Origin: a virus
Lineage: Duplodnaviria > Heunggongvirae > Uroviricota > Caudoviricetes
Virus record (IMG/VR): IMGVR_UViG_2585427784_000002
Reading direction: 5' to 3' (one strand)
DNA length: 30,660 nt
Both the position numbers and the translations under genes were made by a program. Positions within the stretch are counted from its first letter, which is position 1; every line of letters starts with the position of its first letter. Positions 17,065 to 27,222 of the stretch are shown piece by piece. The notes beneath the pieces were generated by a model. It saw only the letters and a list, made by a program, of their open reading frames with translations, was not told where the DNA came from and searched no databases.

Positions 17065-17251
17065 CTCAATTAATGCCCCTCGACTTACGTCCGCACTTCA
17101 ATTAATCGAGCAAGCAGCGGCTGTCCTGGTTGCTGTCAGTCTTTCGGCTGAAGAAATGGACGCTGCTGATGTCGTGGATGCGATTAAAGCGTGCTCATCT
17201 TTGGTTAACGATGCCCGTGCAGAGCTGGTAATTCTTGGGGGTGAAAAATGA
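17057..17251 (+). CDS. Hypothetical small protein (64 aa)
   Basis: Start overlaps preceding stop (ATGAATAA); part of the coupled operon. Confidence 0.5.
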   Translation: MNNSINAPRLTSALQLIEQAAAVLVAVSLSAEEMDAADVVDAIKACSSLVNDARAELVILGGEK

Positions 17252-17511
17252 ATATCAACTTAATTTATCGTCATCCGTGTGAGCTGGAAATTGAATCATT
17301 GCTGAGTCGTGAAGAGCTATATCCAGACACATTCACTCTTGCAGATCGCACGACTGAACGGCTTACCAGAGCGCGCACAGGTCTGGTTCATGTGATGAAT
17401 GAGATTCTTCCATCGGTGGGAGGGGAACAGGCGACAGTAATCAATAGCTGGCTACAAAAAGTTACCTCCCTGATAGATATCAGTTTAATCGATGCGGAGA
17501 GTGCGAAATGA
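17248..17511 (+). CDS. Hypothetical small protein (87 aa)
   Basis: ATGA overlap with both neighbours; part of the coupled operon. Confidence 0.55.
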   Translation: MNINLIYRHPCELEIESLLSREELYPDTFTLADRTTERLTRARTGLVHVMNEILPSVGGEQATVINSWLQKVTSLIDISLIDAESAK

Positions 17512-17729
17512 CCAACATCCAGCTCATTGAAGCGCAATGTCGCATCGAACAGGTTCAGACTGTTTTAGGGTTCTGGCTTGAAGGGGCCAGCCCCAGCAAC
17601 AGAGACAAGTTAATGATTGGCGCGGTTATGTCACTGCTCAATGGCGTACCAGAAGCTATTCAGGAAGCAGACGAATTGTTGGGCAAATATGAGTTACAGA
17701 ATCATTCAGGCGAGGCGAAACATGAATAA
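17508..17729 (+). CDS. Hypothetical small protein (73 aa)
   Basis: ATGA overlap with upstream gene; part of the coupled operon. Confidence 0.55.
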   Translation: MTNIQLIEAQCRIEQVQTVLGFWLEGASPSNRDKLMIGAVMSLLNGVPEAIQEADELLGKYELQNHSGEAKHE

Positions 17730-18324
17730 TTTCTTAACCTTCCATGCAGAAGCAACGCCTGACGGCGTAAACATCATGCACCGCAGCAACGATGGCATGA
17801 CAGAACGCGTTGAGACCGTTTCATATATTGATGCCGTAAATCGTCTGGATGCCGGGGATTATGACGATAAACCAGATGAAGGTATGTCAATACATCTCGC
17901 TATTGCCGATGGCGGCAACCAGGGATATTTCGATTACACATCACAGCATAACGTCATTATGTGGAGATGGCTGATCGCAACAGTATTCATGCTGGAAATG
18001 AGAGAGGAAAACGGCACTGTCAGCATCATTGATGATACTGGCAATCCTTCCGAAGTGGCTGTTTATTCCAACGGCATCGTCGCCATGCCGCTGTATCCAG
18101 TAGCAGAGCGCCTCGCTATGGCAAACAACATTGAGGGCGCGATGATAGAACGTTTTGGCATCGAGTCTGGCACAGAACGCGCCATCATTTTCTACAGAGC
18201 CATGATGGATGTGGAACAAGGAGCACTGACTCCATTTGGTCGTGAAACGCTTGCTGAACTTCACAACAGCTTTATAGCTGAACTGAATGAAAACGGCATG
18301 CCAGCGGAACCAGTGACGCACTGA
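17722..18324 (+). CDS. Hypothetical protein (200 aa; start taken at the internal Met of the 235-codon ORF)
   Basis: GAGG RBS upstream of ATG 17722, which overlaps the upstream stop; the alternative start at 17617 would overlap the previous gene by 113 bp. Confidence 0.55.
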   Translation: MNNFLTFHAEATPDGVNIMHRSNDGMTERVETVSYIDAVNRLDAGDYDDKPDEGMSIHLAIADGGNQGYFDYTSQHNVIMWRWLIATVFMLEMREENGTVSIIDDTGNPSEVAVYSNGIVAMPLYPVAERLAMANNIEGAMIERFGIESGTERAIIFYRAMMDVEQGALTPFGRETLAELHNSFIAELNENGMPAEPVTH

Positions 18325-18334
18325 GGATGGATCC

Positions 18335-18676
18335 ATGATTACTAAAAATTTCCGACTGAATGCGCTGGCAAATAAGTATGCGTCGGCACTGTATAACCAC
18401 ATTACCTCCACCAGCGGCGGGGACTATTTCATGGTTGATGCGGACGGCGAGGCCGTCCGTGTGGAAATCGTCAATGGAGTAAAAGGCGTTCGCAGCCTGA
18501 TCGATAGCTACACACTGGCAGCCATGAAAGTGTTCTACCCGCAGTGGGAAACCGTGGGGATAGAGCTTCTTGATCGTTGCGTCACTAAGGACGGATTGAC
18601 TGACGTCGGGCGTGAGATATGGCAAAGCATGGTTAATGACATGGGCGCAACTGTAGCGGGAGGTTCTCATGCGTGA
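18335..18676 (+). CDS. Hypothetical protein (113 aa)
   Basis: ORF in the coupled operon just upstream of the primase; no family recognised. Confidence 0.55.
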   Translation: MITKNFRLNALANKYASALYNHITSTSGGDYFMVDADGEAVRVEIVNGVKGVRSLIDSYTLAAMKVFYPQWETVGIELLDRCVTKDGLTDVGREIWQSMVNDMGATVAGGSHA

Positions 18677-19040
18677 AAATGCAGAAATGGCGCTTAGCTC
18701 CGCAATCGGAGAGCAGGTGGCAAAGATTGCTGGCGCTGTGTGGATTCATAACCTTCATTCTACTGGTGAAGAGAAAATGGCAATTCAGACGCCAGAGGGA
18801 CGCACCATTACTACATCTCTGAAGGTGTCAGATGTTTGTGATCTGATTTGCGCATTCATGTACCCAGCAATGAGGACTGTCCACGGCGATAAGTGGAAAC
18901 TTGCGACAACCGCTGAATTTGATATGTGGCTAAACAATGATGGCATGCTGACTGATTACGGAATAACCAAGTGGCAGATGCTGGTTAGCCATATCGCAAA
19001 CGCTATAGACCACGTGGGGTACGGTGATGCGAAACATTGA
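18669..19040 (+). CDS. Hypothetical protein (123 aa)
   Basis: Overlaps neighbours at both ends; part of the coupled operon. Confidence 0.55.
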   Translation: MRENAEMALSSAIGEQVAKIAGAVWIHNLHSTGEEKMAIQTPEGRTITTSLKVSDVCDLICAFMYPAMRTVHGDKWKLATTAEFDMWLNNDGMLTDYGITKWQMLVSHIANAIDHVGYGDAKH

Positions 19041-21783
19041 TCTTATCCGTCAGGTTATCAGTGCGTCTGAAAACAACTGGCCTCATGTGCTGGGCTGCCT
19101 GAACATAAATGTCCCTGACTCTCCGCGCCGTCATGCTCCCTGCCCTGCATGTGGGGGCAAAGATCGATTCCGGTTCGATGACAACGGGCGCGGTAGCTTC
19201 ATCTGTAATCAGTGCGGCGCTGGTGATGGACTGGATTTAATTAAACGCGTAAATAACTGCGACACAACAGAGGCGGCGCTTCTTGCCGCTGATGTTCTGG
19301 GTATTGATTACCGGACAACGGAAACACCAGAAGCCACCAGCCAGAAACGGGAACAACTGGAAACCGAGCGCCAGCGACGCGAACAGGAGCGCCTGAAAGG
19401 GGCAGAGAAGGACGAACAACAAAGACGGGATACGTTTTCCCGTCAGTTTGATGACATGCGCAGAAAGGCTGTAAACGGCAAATCTGATTATCTGGTTGCG
19501 AAAGGGGTAGGTGATTTTACATTCCCCGTGTTGCCCGATGGATCTCTGTTGCTGGCGCTGGTGGATAAATCCGGCGCAGTAACAGCAGCACAGACTATTA
19601 CCTCACATGGTGAAAAAAGACTCCTGACAGGTTCAGCAAAGCGAGGGGCATATCACGCCATAAACGCACCAGAAACAACACAGAGCATCTTAATCGCAGA
19701 AGGGCTGGCAACGGCATTATCTGTCCATTTAATTCGTCCAGAGGCGCTGACAGTGGCGGCGATTGATGCCGGGAACCTGTTATATGTCGCCCAGGTACTG
19801 CGGGATAAATTTCCTTCAGCACAAATCATCATTGCTGCGGATAACGACCACAGCGAAGGAAGACAAAACACGGGGAGAATAGCAGCAGAAAAAGCAGCTT
19901 TATCTGTTTCTGGATGGGTGGCATTACCCCCGACAGATCACAAAGCAGACTGGAATGATTACCACCAAAAACACGGCATTAAATGCGCCACAGAAGCGTT
20001 CAATAAGTCAATGTACCAACCACAGGGTAATGGCGTGAAACAGGAGCCACAGACCATTGAGGGAAGCGATTTTAAGGTTATGGATACCGACCCACTGAAA
20101 CCAAGAATAGAAAGCCGCGAGGATGGTATTTATTGGGTATCTCCGAGAGCTGACAGCCAGAGTGGAGAAATCATCAATAACGAAAGCTGGTTATGTTCTC
20201 CATTAAGCGTTATCGGTACTGGCAGAGACGATAAAGACCAGTATCTCATTCTTCGCTGGCTGTCGTTTGGTTCTGAAACGCCGACAACCGCTGCCATTCC
20301 ACTGGCTGATATTGGTGAACGTGAAGGATGGCGCACACTTAAAGCTGGTGGGGTAAATGTCACGACCAAAAGCAGCCTCAGAGCAATACTGGCAGACTGG
20401 CTACAACGCAGTGGCTCTCGTGAATTGTGGCGTGTTGCTCATGCCACTGGCTGGCAATGCGGAGCGTACATCATGCCTGATGGGGAAATCATCGGAACAC
20501 CTGAAAATCCTGTGCTGTTCAGCGGGAGAAGCTCAGCCGCAGCCGGATATACCGTCTCAGGGAGCGCGAAAAGCTGGCGTGATAACGTGGCGCGTCTGGC
20601 CTTTGGTAACTATTCAATGATGACCGGGATCGGCGCAGCACTGGCAGCGCCATTGATTGGGCTGGTGGGCGCTGACGGGTTCGGCATTCATTTCTATGAG
20701 CAGTCGAGCGCAGGTAAGACCACCACGGCAAACGTGGCGAGCAGCTTATACGGCAACCCTGATTTACTGCGGCTGACGTGGTACGGAACCGCGCTGGGGC
20801 TGGCAAATGAAGCTGCCGCCCACAATGACGGACTAATGCCGCTTGATGAAGTTGGTCAGGGCGCTGATCCTGTCAGTGTTTCACAGTCTGCCTATGCGTT
20901 ATTTAACGGTGTAGGGAAACTGCAAGGCGCTAAAGATGGTGGAAACCGGGATCTAAAACGCTGGCGTACAGTGGCAATCAGCACCGGAGAAATGGATTTA
21001 GAAACATTTATCGCTACTTCCGGGCGAAAAACCAAAGCCGGGCAACTGGTGCGACTGCTGAATATTCCGTTGAGTAAAGCAGTACGCTTTCACGATTACC
21101 AGAACGGAAAACAGCACGCAGACGCACTGAAAGACGCTTACCAGCATCACCACGGCGCAGCCGGGCGTGAGTGGATTAAATGGCTGGCAGACCACCAGCA
21201 ACAGGCAATTAAAACTGTTCGTGACTGCGAAAGCAGATGGAGAAGTCTGATCCCATCCGATTATGGTGAGCAGGTTCACCGTGTAGCCGCGCGATTTGCC
21301 ATTCTGGAGGCCGCATTGCTGTTAGGCGAGGTTGTAACAGGCTGGGATGCTCAGACATGCCGTGATGCGATACAGCACAGCTATAACGCATGGTTGCGCG
21401 AGTTCGGCACAGGTAACAAAGAACATCAGCAGATTATTGAACAAACGGAGGCATTTCTTAATGCCTATGGGCTTAGCCGTTTTGCACCATTTCCATACAG
21501 CCCGGCAGATTTGCCCATCAAAGATTTAGCCGGATACCGTCAGCGTGGAGAACATGACGAAAGCCCAATGATTTTCTACACATTCCCGGCCACATTTGAA
21601 AAGGAGATCGCATGTGGTTTCAACGCAAAACAGTTTGCTGAAGTGTTGAAAAAAGCCGGGATGCTAACCCCACCAAACAGCGGTCGTGGATACCAAAGAA
21701 AATCACCACGTATTCAGGGACGACAAATAAACGTTTATGTACTCAATTACCAGCCAGGAGATTACAACTCATCTGAAGAATGA
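19024..21783 (+). CDS. Primase-helicase (P4 alpha-like): N-terminal Cys4 zinc-binding primase region, TOPRIM-like segment, C-terminal P-loop NTPase (919 aa)
   Basis: CPACGGKDRFRFDDNGRGSFICNQCG zinc-finger; TOPRIM-like IIAEGLATAL and DxD-type acidic motifs (AADNDH); Walker A YEQSSAGKTTTAN; ori-like iterons immediately downstream. Confidence 0.85.
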   Translation: MMRNIDLIRQVISASENNWPHVLGCLNINVPDSPRRHAPCPACGGKDRFRFDDNGRGSFICNQCGAGDGLDLIKRVNNCDTTEAALLAADVLGIDYRTTETPEATSQKREQLETERQRREQERLKGAEKDEQQRRDTFSRQFDDMRRKAVNGKSDYLVAKGVGDFTFPVLPDGSLLLALVDKSGAVTAAQTITSHGEKRLLTGSAKRGAYHAINAPETTQSILIAEGLATALSVHLIRPEALTVAAIDAGNLLYVAQVLRDKFPSAQIIIAADNDHSEGRQNTGRIAAEKAALSVSGWVALPPTDHKADWNDYHQKHGIKCATEAFNKSMYQPQGNGVKQEPQTIEGSDFKVMDTDPLKPRIESREDGIYWVSPRADSQSGEIINNESWLCSPLSVIGTGRDDKDQYLILRWLSFGSETPTTAAIPLADIGEREGWRTLKAGGVNVTTKSSLRAILADWLQRSGSRELWRVAHATGWQCGAYIMPDGEIIGTPENPVLFSGRSSAAAGYTVSGSAKSWRDNVARLAFGNYSMMTGIGAALAAPLIGLVGADGFGIHFYEQSSAGKTTTANVASSLYGNPDLLRLTWYGTALGLANEAAAHNDGLMPLDEVGQGADPVSVSQSAYALFNGVGKLQGAKDGGNRDLKRWRTVAISTGEMDLETFIATSGRKTKAGQLVRLLNIPLSKAVRFHDYQNGKQHADALKDAYQHHHGAAGREWIKWLADHQQQAIKTVRDCESRWRSLIPSDYGEQVHRVAARFAILEAALLLGEVVTGWDAQTCRDAIQHSYNAWLREFGTGNKEHQQIIEQTEAFLNAYGLSRFAPFPYSPADLPIKDLAGYRQRGEHDESPMIFYTFPATFEKEIACGFNAKQFAEVLKKAGMLTPPNSGRGYQRKSPRIQGRQINVYVLNYQPGDYNSSEE

Positions 21784-21808
21784 GCTTCTTCATGTGCGTA
21801 GAAAAGGC

Positions 21809-21919
21809 GTTGGTTCAGTTGGTTCAGTTGGTTCAATTTGTAAAGAGTATTGTTTTATAAGGATTTTATTCTTTTTATTGAACCAACACTGAACCAACAA
21901 CACGGTATTTTGAACCAAC
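21809..21919. repeat. Iteron cluster / candidate replication origin: 3 tandem GTTGGTTCA, AT-rich spacer, 3 inverted TGAACCAAC
   Basis: Direct copies at 21809-21835, AT-rich 43-bp spacer, inverted copies at 21879-21919; sits directly 3' of the primase gene, as origins do in PICI/P4-type replicons. Confidence 0.75.
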
Positions 21920-22241
21920 ACAATGTGACTGAATTGATGCGCACAACACCTGGCTGGCATCAGAGAGTGTTTTACGAGACTTTCGTAAAATCCTGTGTAC
22001 AAGGGCGTGACGTTTTTGAAAGTGAGCACTACGAAATTTTCGTAGTTCAGAAAACAGCCCCTGAGAAGTTGTTATGCCTGTTCAGCAAATCATCCGCATA
22101 GCTGATCGCGAATCAAATTACCAATGGAGCCAGAAGCAAGGGCAGAACTGAAAAGCGCCTGCCGTGAAGAGTAATGCGACACCATAAATATAGTTTTTAG
22201 AGTCCATAAAAAACCTGTCAAAACCTGACACACAGAACGAT

Positions 22242-22272
22242 GCCACCAGCTACTGAGCGGTGGCATTTTTTT
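22242..22272 (+). terminator. Rho-independent terminator (GCCACC...GGTGGC stem followed by ATTTTTTT)
   Basis: 6-bp GC stem with 11-nt loop followed by a 7-T run at 22266-22272. Confidence 0.65.
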
Positions 22273-22332
22273 GTGCTATCTGTTTCATATTTTGCAATTA
22301 CGATGATGAATATTGCGATTTGTGAAACTATA

Positions 22333-22356
22333 ATAACTGTTGTTTTATACAGTTAT
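22333..22356. promoter_or_regulatory. Palindromic operator-like site ATAACTGT-N8-ACAGTTAT overlapping a TATAAT -10-like hexamer, upstream of a small ORF
   Basis: Perfect 8-bp inverted repeat arms with 8-bp spacer; TATAAT at 22328-22333; AAGGGGG RBS and ATG at 22368 follow. Confidence 0.5.
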
Positions 22357-22367
22357 AAGGGGGCGTT

Positions 22368-22529
22368 ATGGCTATTTCAGTAAAGCCGGTATTGATAAGT
22401 GAGAAGCAAATGGAAGCGATAAAGAAAATTCAGGAAGAGCAGCGTAAAAAATCAGGAATTGGAGTAGCGCCAACTCTGCATGAAATTGCACGAGGGTTAA
22501 TAGATAAGGCGCTGGCAGGCTGTATGTGA
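22368..22529 (+). CDS. Small putative DNA-binding regulator (53 aa; possibly ribbon-helix-helix-like)
   Basis: Strong RBS (AAGGGGG) 7 nt upstream; palindromic operator immediately upstream; short protein MAISVKPVLISEKQMEAIKKIQEEQRKK... Below the ORF-track length cut-off, found by reading. Confidence 0.45.
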   Translation: MAISVKPVLISEKQMEAIKKIQEEQRKKSGIGVAPTLHEIARGLIDKALAGCM

Positions 22530-22545
22530 AAATGGATGGCATCGC

Positions 22546-23007
22546 ATGGAACTAAAATTTATTGATAACCCTGTGCGATTACAGGCCTTTCTTAACGAGC
22601 CTGGCAATACCGAAAATATTGTTGAGCCGGGGCACACGTACTACATCAAGCCTGATGCGGTATATCTCGGTATCTACGAAGGATTGGTGCTGGCTGGCGT
22701 TCATGAAGTGCGTAACTTCTGGCATAGCATTGTTGAATGCCATGCGGTGTACGACCCCGGATTCCGTGGTGAATATGCACTACAAGGGCATCGATTATTC
22801 TGCAAATGGCTTCTCGAAAACTCACCATTCCTTAACAGCATCACCATGGTTCCTGACACAACGAAATACGGACGGGCAATTATCCGTTTGCTTGGCGCTA
22901 CCCGTGTTGGTCACCTTGATGATGCTTATATCAGATGTGGTAAACCCGTCGGCGTAACGCTTTATCAGTTAACTCGGCAACAATATAAGGAATTCAGCGA
23001 ATGTTAA
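22546..23007 (+). CDS. Hypothetical protein (153 aa); by position possibly the podovirus gp14-like gene preceding the ejection-protein genes
   Basis: ORF directly upstream of and overlapping the next gene's start; family not recognised from sequence. Confidence 0.5.
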   Translation: MELKFIDNPVRLQAFLNEPGNTENIVEPGHTYYIKPDAVYLGIYEGLVLAGVHEVRNFWHSIVECHAVYDPGFRGEYALQGHRLFCKWLLENSPFLNSITMVPDTTKYGRAIIRLLGATRVGHLDDAYIRCGKPVGVTLYQLTRQQYKEFSEC

Positions 23008-23678
23008 TTACCCATATAGCTCATAAATATCTCAATCGTGCCGTATACGAAAAAGGCGGTGATGGTGGTGCCTCTAAAGCTCAGGCGAAGGCCCAGCAGC
23101 AGGCAATTGATTTGCAGCGCGAGCAGTGGAATACGGTGATGAATAATCTCAAGCCGTATGCAGAAGTCGGATTGCCTGCTTTACAACAACTACAAGGACT
23201 GATGACTCTGGAAGGGCAGAATAAAGCCGCGAATGATTTCTTTGGTTCTGGTTTATATAAAACACAGGCAGATCAGGCCCGTTATCAGAACCTTGTCTCA
23301 GCAGAAGCTACCGGGGGGCTTGGCACAACAGCTACCAGTAACCAGTTATCTTCCATTGCGCCCATGCTTTATAACAATTGGCTCAGTGGGCAAATGCAAA
23401 ATTATGGAAACCTGCTAAATGTCGGGATGAATGCGGCATCAGGGCAGGCAACAGCAGGGCAAAACTACGCCAATAATACCGGACAACTCTTGCAGGGGCT
23501 TGGCGCTATTCGTGCAGGTCAGGCGCAGCAGCCATCCAGTCTTGCGCGTGGTATTGGTGGGGCGGCATCAGGCGCTTTAGCGGGTGCGCAACTTGGTTCC
23601 GTTGTTCCGGGTATAGGTAATGTCGCCGGGGCTATTGGTGGTGGGCTTATTGGTCTTGTTGGGGGGCTTGGATTCTAA
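23001..23678 (+). CDS. Q/A/G-rich protein with glycine-zipper C-terminus (225 aa); candidate P22 gp7-like ejection (DNA-transfer) protein
   Basis: N-terminal ...YEKGGDGGASKAQAKAQQQAIDLQREQW..., extensive Gln/Ala/Gly low complexity, C-terminal GxxxG-rich hydrophobic tail (GIGGAASGALAGAQLGSVVPGIGNVAGAIGGGLIGLVGGLGF); size and position match gp7 of P22-like phages (from memory). Confidence 0.45.
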   Translation: MLITHIAHKYLNRAVYEKGGDGGASKAQAKAQQQAIDLQREQWNTVMNNLKPYAEVGLPALQQLQGLMTLEGQNKAANDFFGSGLYKTQADQARYQNLVSAEATGGLGTTATSNQLSSIAPMLYNNWLSGQMQNYGNLLNVGMNAASGQATAGQNYANNTGQLLQGLGAIRAGQAQQPSSLARGIGGAASGALAGAQLGSVVPGIGNVAGAIGGGLIGLVGGLGF

Positions 23679-25099
23679 TGGCGACATGGCAACTTGGCGG
23701 GCTGCCTAGCATGGCACCGCAAAATGATAATGCTCCTCGTTCTTCCGTTCCTCAGCCTGTGCAGTATCAGCAGCAGCCAAACGTAGGTTTAATGGCGCTA
23801 CAGGGGCTAAGAGGCGTTGCTGAGATTAATCAGCAGGCACGTCAACAACAGCGTAAAGCAGAGTTTCAGAAAGCATATGCCGGGGCTTTTGAGTCTGGAG
23901 ACAGAAACAAAATGCGCAGTCTTATTTCTGAGTATCCAGAAGAATTTGAAAGCGTTCAGAAAGGGATGGGCTTTATTGATGACGACCAGAGAAATTCTAT
24001 TGGTCATCTTGCGACTAGTGCTCAAATCGCATCTTCGCTCGGAACTGGGGCATTTGGAAAATTCATAGCAGATAACGAAGATGAAATGCGTCGCTTGGGA
24101 ATTTCTCCTGAGTCTGTTGCCGAAATGCATGTTAATGATCCACAGGAATTCCAGCGGCTTGCTGGTAGTATGGCACTGTTTTCTCTCGGTCATGAGAAGT
24201 ACTTCGATATCAAAGATCGAATGGAAGGTCGGGATATTGAGCGTGGCAAGTTGGCAGAGACAATCCGCAGCAATCAGGCTGGAGAGGCGCTTCAGGCGAG
24301 AGGGCAGGATATTAGCCGAGCAAATGCGTTAACGTCAGCATATGCACCAACAGCCGCAATGCAGAATTACAATCAGTACGCGCAAATGTTAAAGGCGGAT
24401 CCAGAGGGGGCAGCGGCATTTGCGGCAGCGGCTGGAATTAATACAAACGCCAAAAAATTAATGAGTGTTAGGGAAAACGATGATGGCACTGTCACAAAAT
24501 ACTACACAGACGGAAGTGAAGAGCAGGGAAAACTCACCCAGCCAATATCTGGAGATGGGTTTCGTCCAATAGCTTTGCCAACAGCCCAAAAGATCATGGA
24601 AAAGTCGCCAGAAGGGGCTAAAAAAGCTGCTGGATTTGCATACAGGGTTAGGGATGCTCTTGATTCAATAGATACACTGAGAGACCAGCTTAGCCCACAG
24701 CGAGTGGCGATCATTAATAATGCTTTGGGTAATGGGACGCTGGCTAACTTAACGCTCAGCCCAACAGAGCAGCAATACGTTGTTAATGCTAATGACGCAA
24801 TAATGGCAATACTCCGTCAGGAAACAGGGGCAGCTATCGCACCTGCTGAAATGTCAAAATATTATCAAATGTATTTCCCTCAGCCTGGCGACTCCACAAA
24901 AACCATTGATACCAAGCGCCGGAAGATGGAAAACCAGTTCAATTCGCTGAAAGCTGCTTCTGGTCGAGCTTATGATGCTTTGCGGGTTATTTCAGCAGTT
25001 GACAGAGGAACTTCTTCTTCGTCGCAGACATTGCCGCAATCTGAGCAGGTATCACAGCCAGCAGCCAGCAGTAACTTTTCTTCACTATGGGGTGATTAA
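23678..25099 (+). CDS. Q/A-rich protein (473 aa); candidate P22 gp20-like ejection (DNA-transfer) protein
   Basis: Start overlaps previous stop (TAATG); low-complexity Gln/Ala-rich composition; size close to P22 gp20 (about 471 aa, from memory). Confidence 0.45.
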   Translation: MATWQLGGLPSMAPQNDNAPRSSVPQPVQYQQQPNVGLMALQGLRGVAEINQQARQQQRKAEFQKAYAGAFESGDRNKMRSLISEYPEEFESVQKGMGFIDDDQRNSIGHLATSAQIASSLGTGAFGKFIADNEDEMRRLGISPESVAEMHVNDPQEFQRLAGSMALFSLGHEKYFDIKDRMEGRDIERGKLAETIRSNQAGEALQARGQDISRANALTSAYAPTAAMQNYNQYAQMLKADPEGAAAFAAAAGINTNAKKLMSVRENDDGTVTKYYTDGSEEQGKLTQPISGDGFRPIALPTAQKIMEKSPEGAKKAAGFAYRVRDALDSIDTLRDQLSPQRVAIINNALGNGTLANLTLSPTEQQYVVNANDAIMAILRQETGAAIAPAEMSKYYQMYFPQPGDSTKTIDTKRRKMENQFNSLKAASGRAYDALRVISAVDRGTSSSSQTLPQSEQVSQPAASSNFSSLWGD

Positions 25100-27204
25100 T
25101 GGCTAAAGCATGGAAAGATGTTATCGCCTCTCCACAGTATCAGGCGTTAGCACCAGAACAAAAAGCGCAGGCTCAGGAGCAATACTTCAATGAAGTCGTG
25201 GCCCCGCAAGCCGGAGAAAGTGTAGAGCAGGCTAAGCAGGCTTTTTATGCTGCCTATCCACTACCATCAACGAATGAAATAGACCGATCCCAATCAGCAA
25301 CTCAAAATATTCAACATACATCATCTGATAATTCTCTTGCGTCAGGGTATGCAAAGTTAGCTACTCAGCAAAGAGAGGGGCTTGAGCGTTCAGCAGAACA
25401 GGGAGCCAGTCTTGGGGCTGCGATGCGCGATGCTATAACAGGCGAAAGCCGAATGACTCCAGAGATGGAGAGACTGCAAAATGTCGCCTCTGCCCCAGAA
25501 TTGAACTCACTAAGCATGGATGCCCTAAAGGCTGGATGGTCTCAACTTTTCGGCTCTGACGCGTCTCAGGAAAAGATTCTTCAGGGAATGGGGGCGACAT
25601 TAAGGCAGGATGAGAAGGGGAATACTATCGTTTCTCTGCCATCAGGTGATTATGCCCTGAACAAGCCGGGTTTATCACCGCAAGACCTGACTTCGTTTCT
25701 TGCTAATGCGTTGGCGTTTACACCAGCGGGCAGGGCTGGAACGGTGCTTGGTGCCATAGGAAAATCAGCAGCTACAGATTTAGCACTACAGGGAGCCACC
25801 AGCCTTGCTGGTGGAGAAGATATTGATCCGTTACAAACGGTAATTTCTGCTGGCATTGGTGGTATTGGTAAGGGGCTGGAAAATACAGCGAGTGCGGTTT
25901 CGAGGGCTGTTCGTGGTGATATGTCGCCTGAAGCAAAGGCTGCTGTCGACTTTGCATCGGAAAGAAATCTGCCGTTAATGACCAGTGACATGCTGAAAGA
26001 TAAAACCTTTATGCAGAGTCAGGCTCAGACATTAGGCGAAAGAGTTCCTTTTTTTGGAACCGGTAAGAATCGGCTGAATCAACAACAAGCACGAGAAAAT
26101 TTAGTCAGAACATTTAGCGATGGTCTGGGTGGCATTTCTGATAAACAGCTTTATGAATCTGCGACTAAAGGGCAACAAAAATTCATTGAGGCAGCAGGAA
26201 AGCGATATAACCGCATAATTGACGCTATGGGGGATACCCCTGTCGATCTCTCAAACACGGTAAAAGCTATCGACAATCAGATTGCCGTGTTAAGCCGCCC
26301 GGGCAAATCTCAGGATAGAGCCGCGGTAAAAGTCTTGCAGCAATTTAAAGACGATATCACCAGCGGACCAAATGACCTGCGTCTGGCGAGGGAAAACAGA
26401 ACCGATCTTCGAAAGCGATTTATGGCGTCATCTGACACTGTTGATAAAGATACGCTCCAGAAAGCCAGCGATATTATCTACAAGGCATATACGGCGGATA
26501 TGAAAAAAGCCGTAGCCAAAAATCTTGGAGCAGACGAAGCCATTAATATGGCAAGGGTTGATCGCTCATGGTCTAAATTCAATGACATGATGGGAAGAAC
26601 GCGCGTTCAAAAGGCAATAGCCAGCGGCAAGGCCACGCCTGAGGATGTAACAAAACTCGTTTTTAGCCAAAGCCCATCAGAACGTTCTCAGCTTTACAGG
26701 CTTCTGGATGACAATGGTAGGCAAAACGCACGAGCAGCCATAGTTCAGAATGCTGTAGATAAGGCGACTGATCCGTCTGGAAATATCAGTGTCGAGAAGT
26801 TTATTAATGCGTTACACCGGAACAGGAAGCAATCAGCAACTTTCTTTAAAGGCGTACATGGAAAGGAACTGGACGGCGTTATTAAATACCTCAACGATAC
26901 AAGACACGCGGCAAAAGCGAACGTTCAAAACTTAAATGGTCAGCAGCTTTATGGATTGTTAGTTGGTGGTGGCATCATAAACGCAGCAGTATTAGCGGGG
27001 ATGCTAAAAACGGCTGCGTTTGTTGTTCCTGCTGCTGGTGCCGTAGGCGGAGCAGCGAAGGCATACGAAAGCCCTGTTATACGAAATGCCTTGTTACGTC
27101 TGGCAAATACGCCAAAAGGTAGCACAGCATATGACAGAGCGATCAGTACGGTCACACAATCGCTCACCAGAGTCGCACAGGCATCACAAAAAGAAGCTCA
27201 ATAA
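25099..27204 (+). CDS. Q/A/G-rich protein (701 aa) with hydrophobic Gly/Ala-rich segment near the C-terminus; candidate P22 gp16-like ejection protein
   Basis: Start overlaps previous stop (TAATG); GGGVTGA-type RBS; composition similar to the two preceding proteins; third member of a 7-20-16-like trio. Confidence 0.45.
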   Translation: MAKAWKDVIASPQYQALAPEQKAQAQEQYFNEVVAPQAGESVEQAKQAFYAAYPLPSTNEIDRSQSATQNIQHTSSDNSLASGYAKLATQQREGLERSAEQGASLGAAMRDAITGESRMTPEMERLQNVASAPELNSLSMDALKAGWSQLFGSDASQEKILQGMGATLRQDEKGNTIVSLPSGDYALNKPGLSPQDLTSFLANALAFTPAGRAGTVLGAIGKSAATDLALQGATSLAGGEDIDPLQTVISAGIGGIGKGLENTASAVSRAVRGDMSPEAKAAVDFASERNLPLMTSDMLKDKTFMQSQAQTLGERVPFFGTGKNRLNQQQARENLVRTFSDGLGGISDKQLYESATKGQQKFIEAAGKRYNRIIDAMGDTPVDLSNTVKAIDNQIAVLSRPGKSQDRAAVKVLQQFKDDITSGPNDLRLARENRTDLRKRFMASSDTVDKDTLQKASDIIYKAYTADMKKAVAKNLGADEAINMARVDRSWSKFNDMMGRTRVQKAIASGKATPEDVTKLVFSQSPSERSQLYRLLDDNGRQNARAAIVQNAVDKATDPSGNISVEKFINALHRNRKQSATFFKGVHGKELDGVIKYLNDTRHAAKANVQNLNGQQLYGLLVGGGIINAAVLAGMLKTAAFVVPAAGAVGGAAKAYESPVIRNALLRLANTPKGSTAYDRAISTVTQSLTRVAQASQKEAQ

Positions 27205-27222
27205 CTGGTTAGCCATGGATGG

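Noticed and set aside
19237-21529. Multiple 60-95 aa ORFs within the primase gene on both strands
   Set aside because: All lie inside the 919-aa primase-helicase reading frame; alternative-frame artefacts.
21850-22101. 83-aa plus-strand ORF beginning inside the iteron cluster
   Set aside because: Its 5' part is the AT-rich ori spacer and iterons, and no RBS precedes either the first or the internal Met; more likely noncoding.
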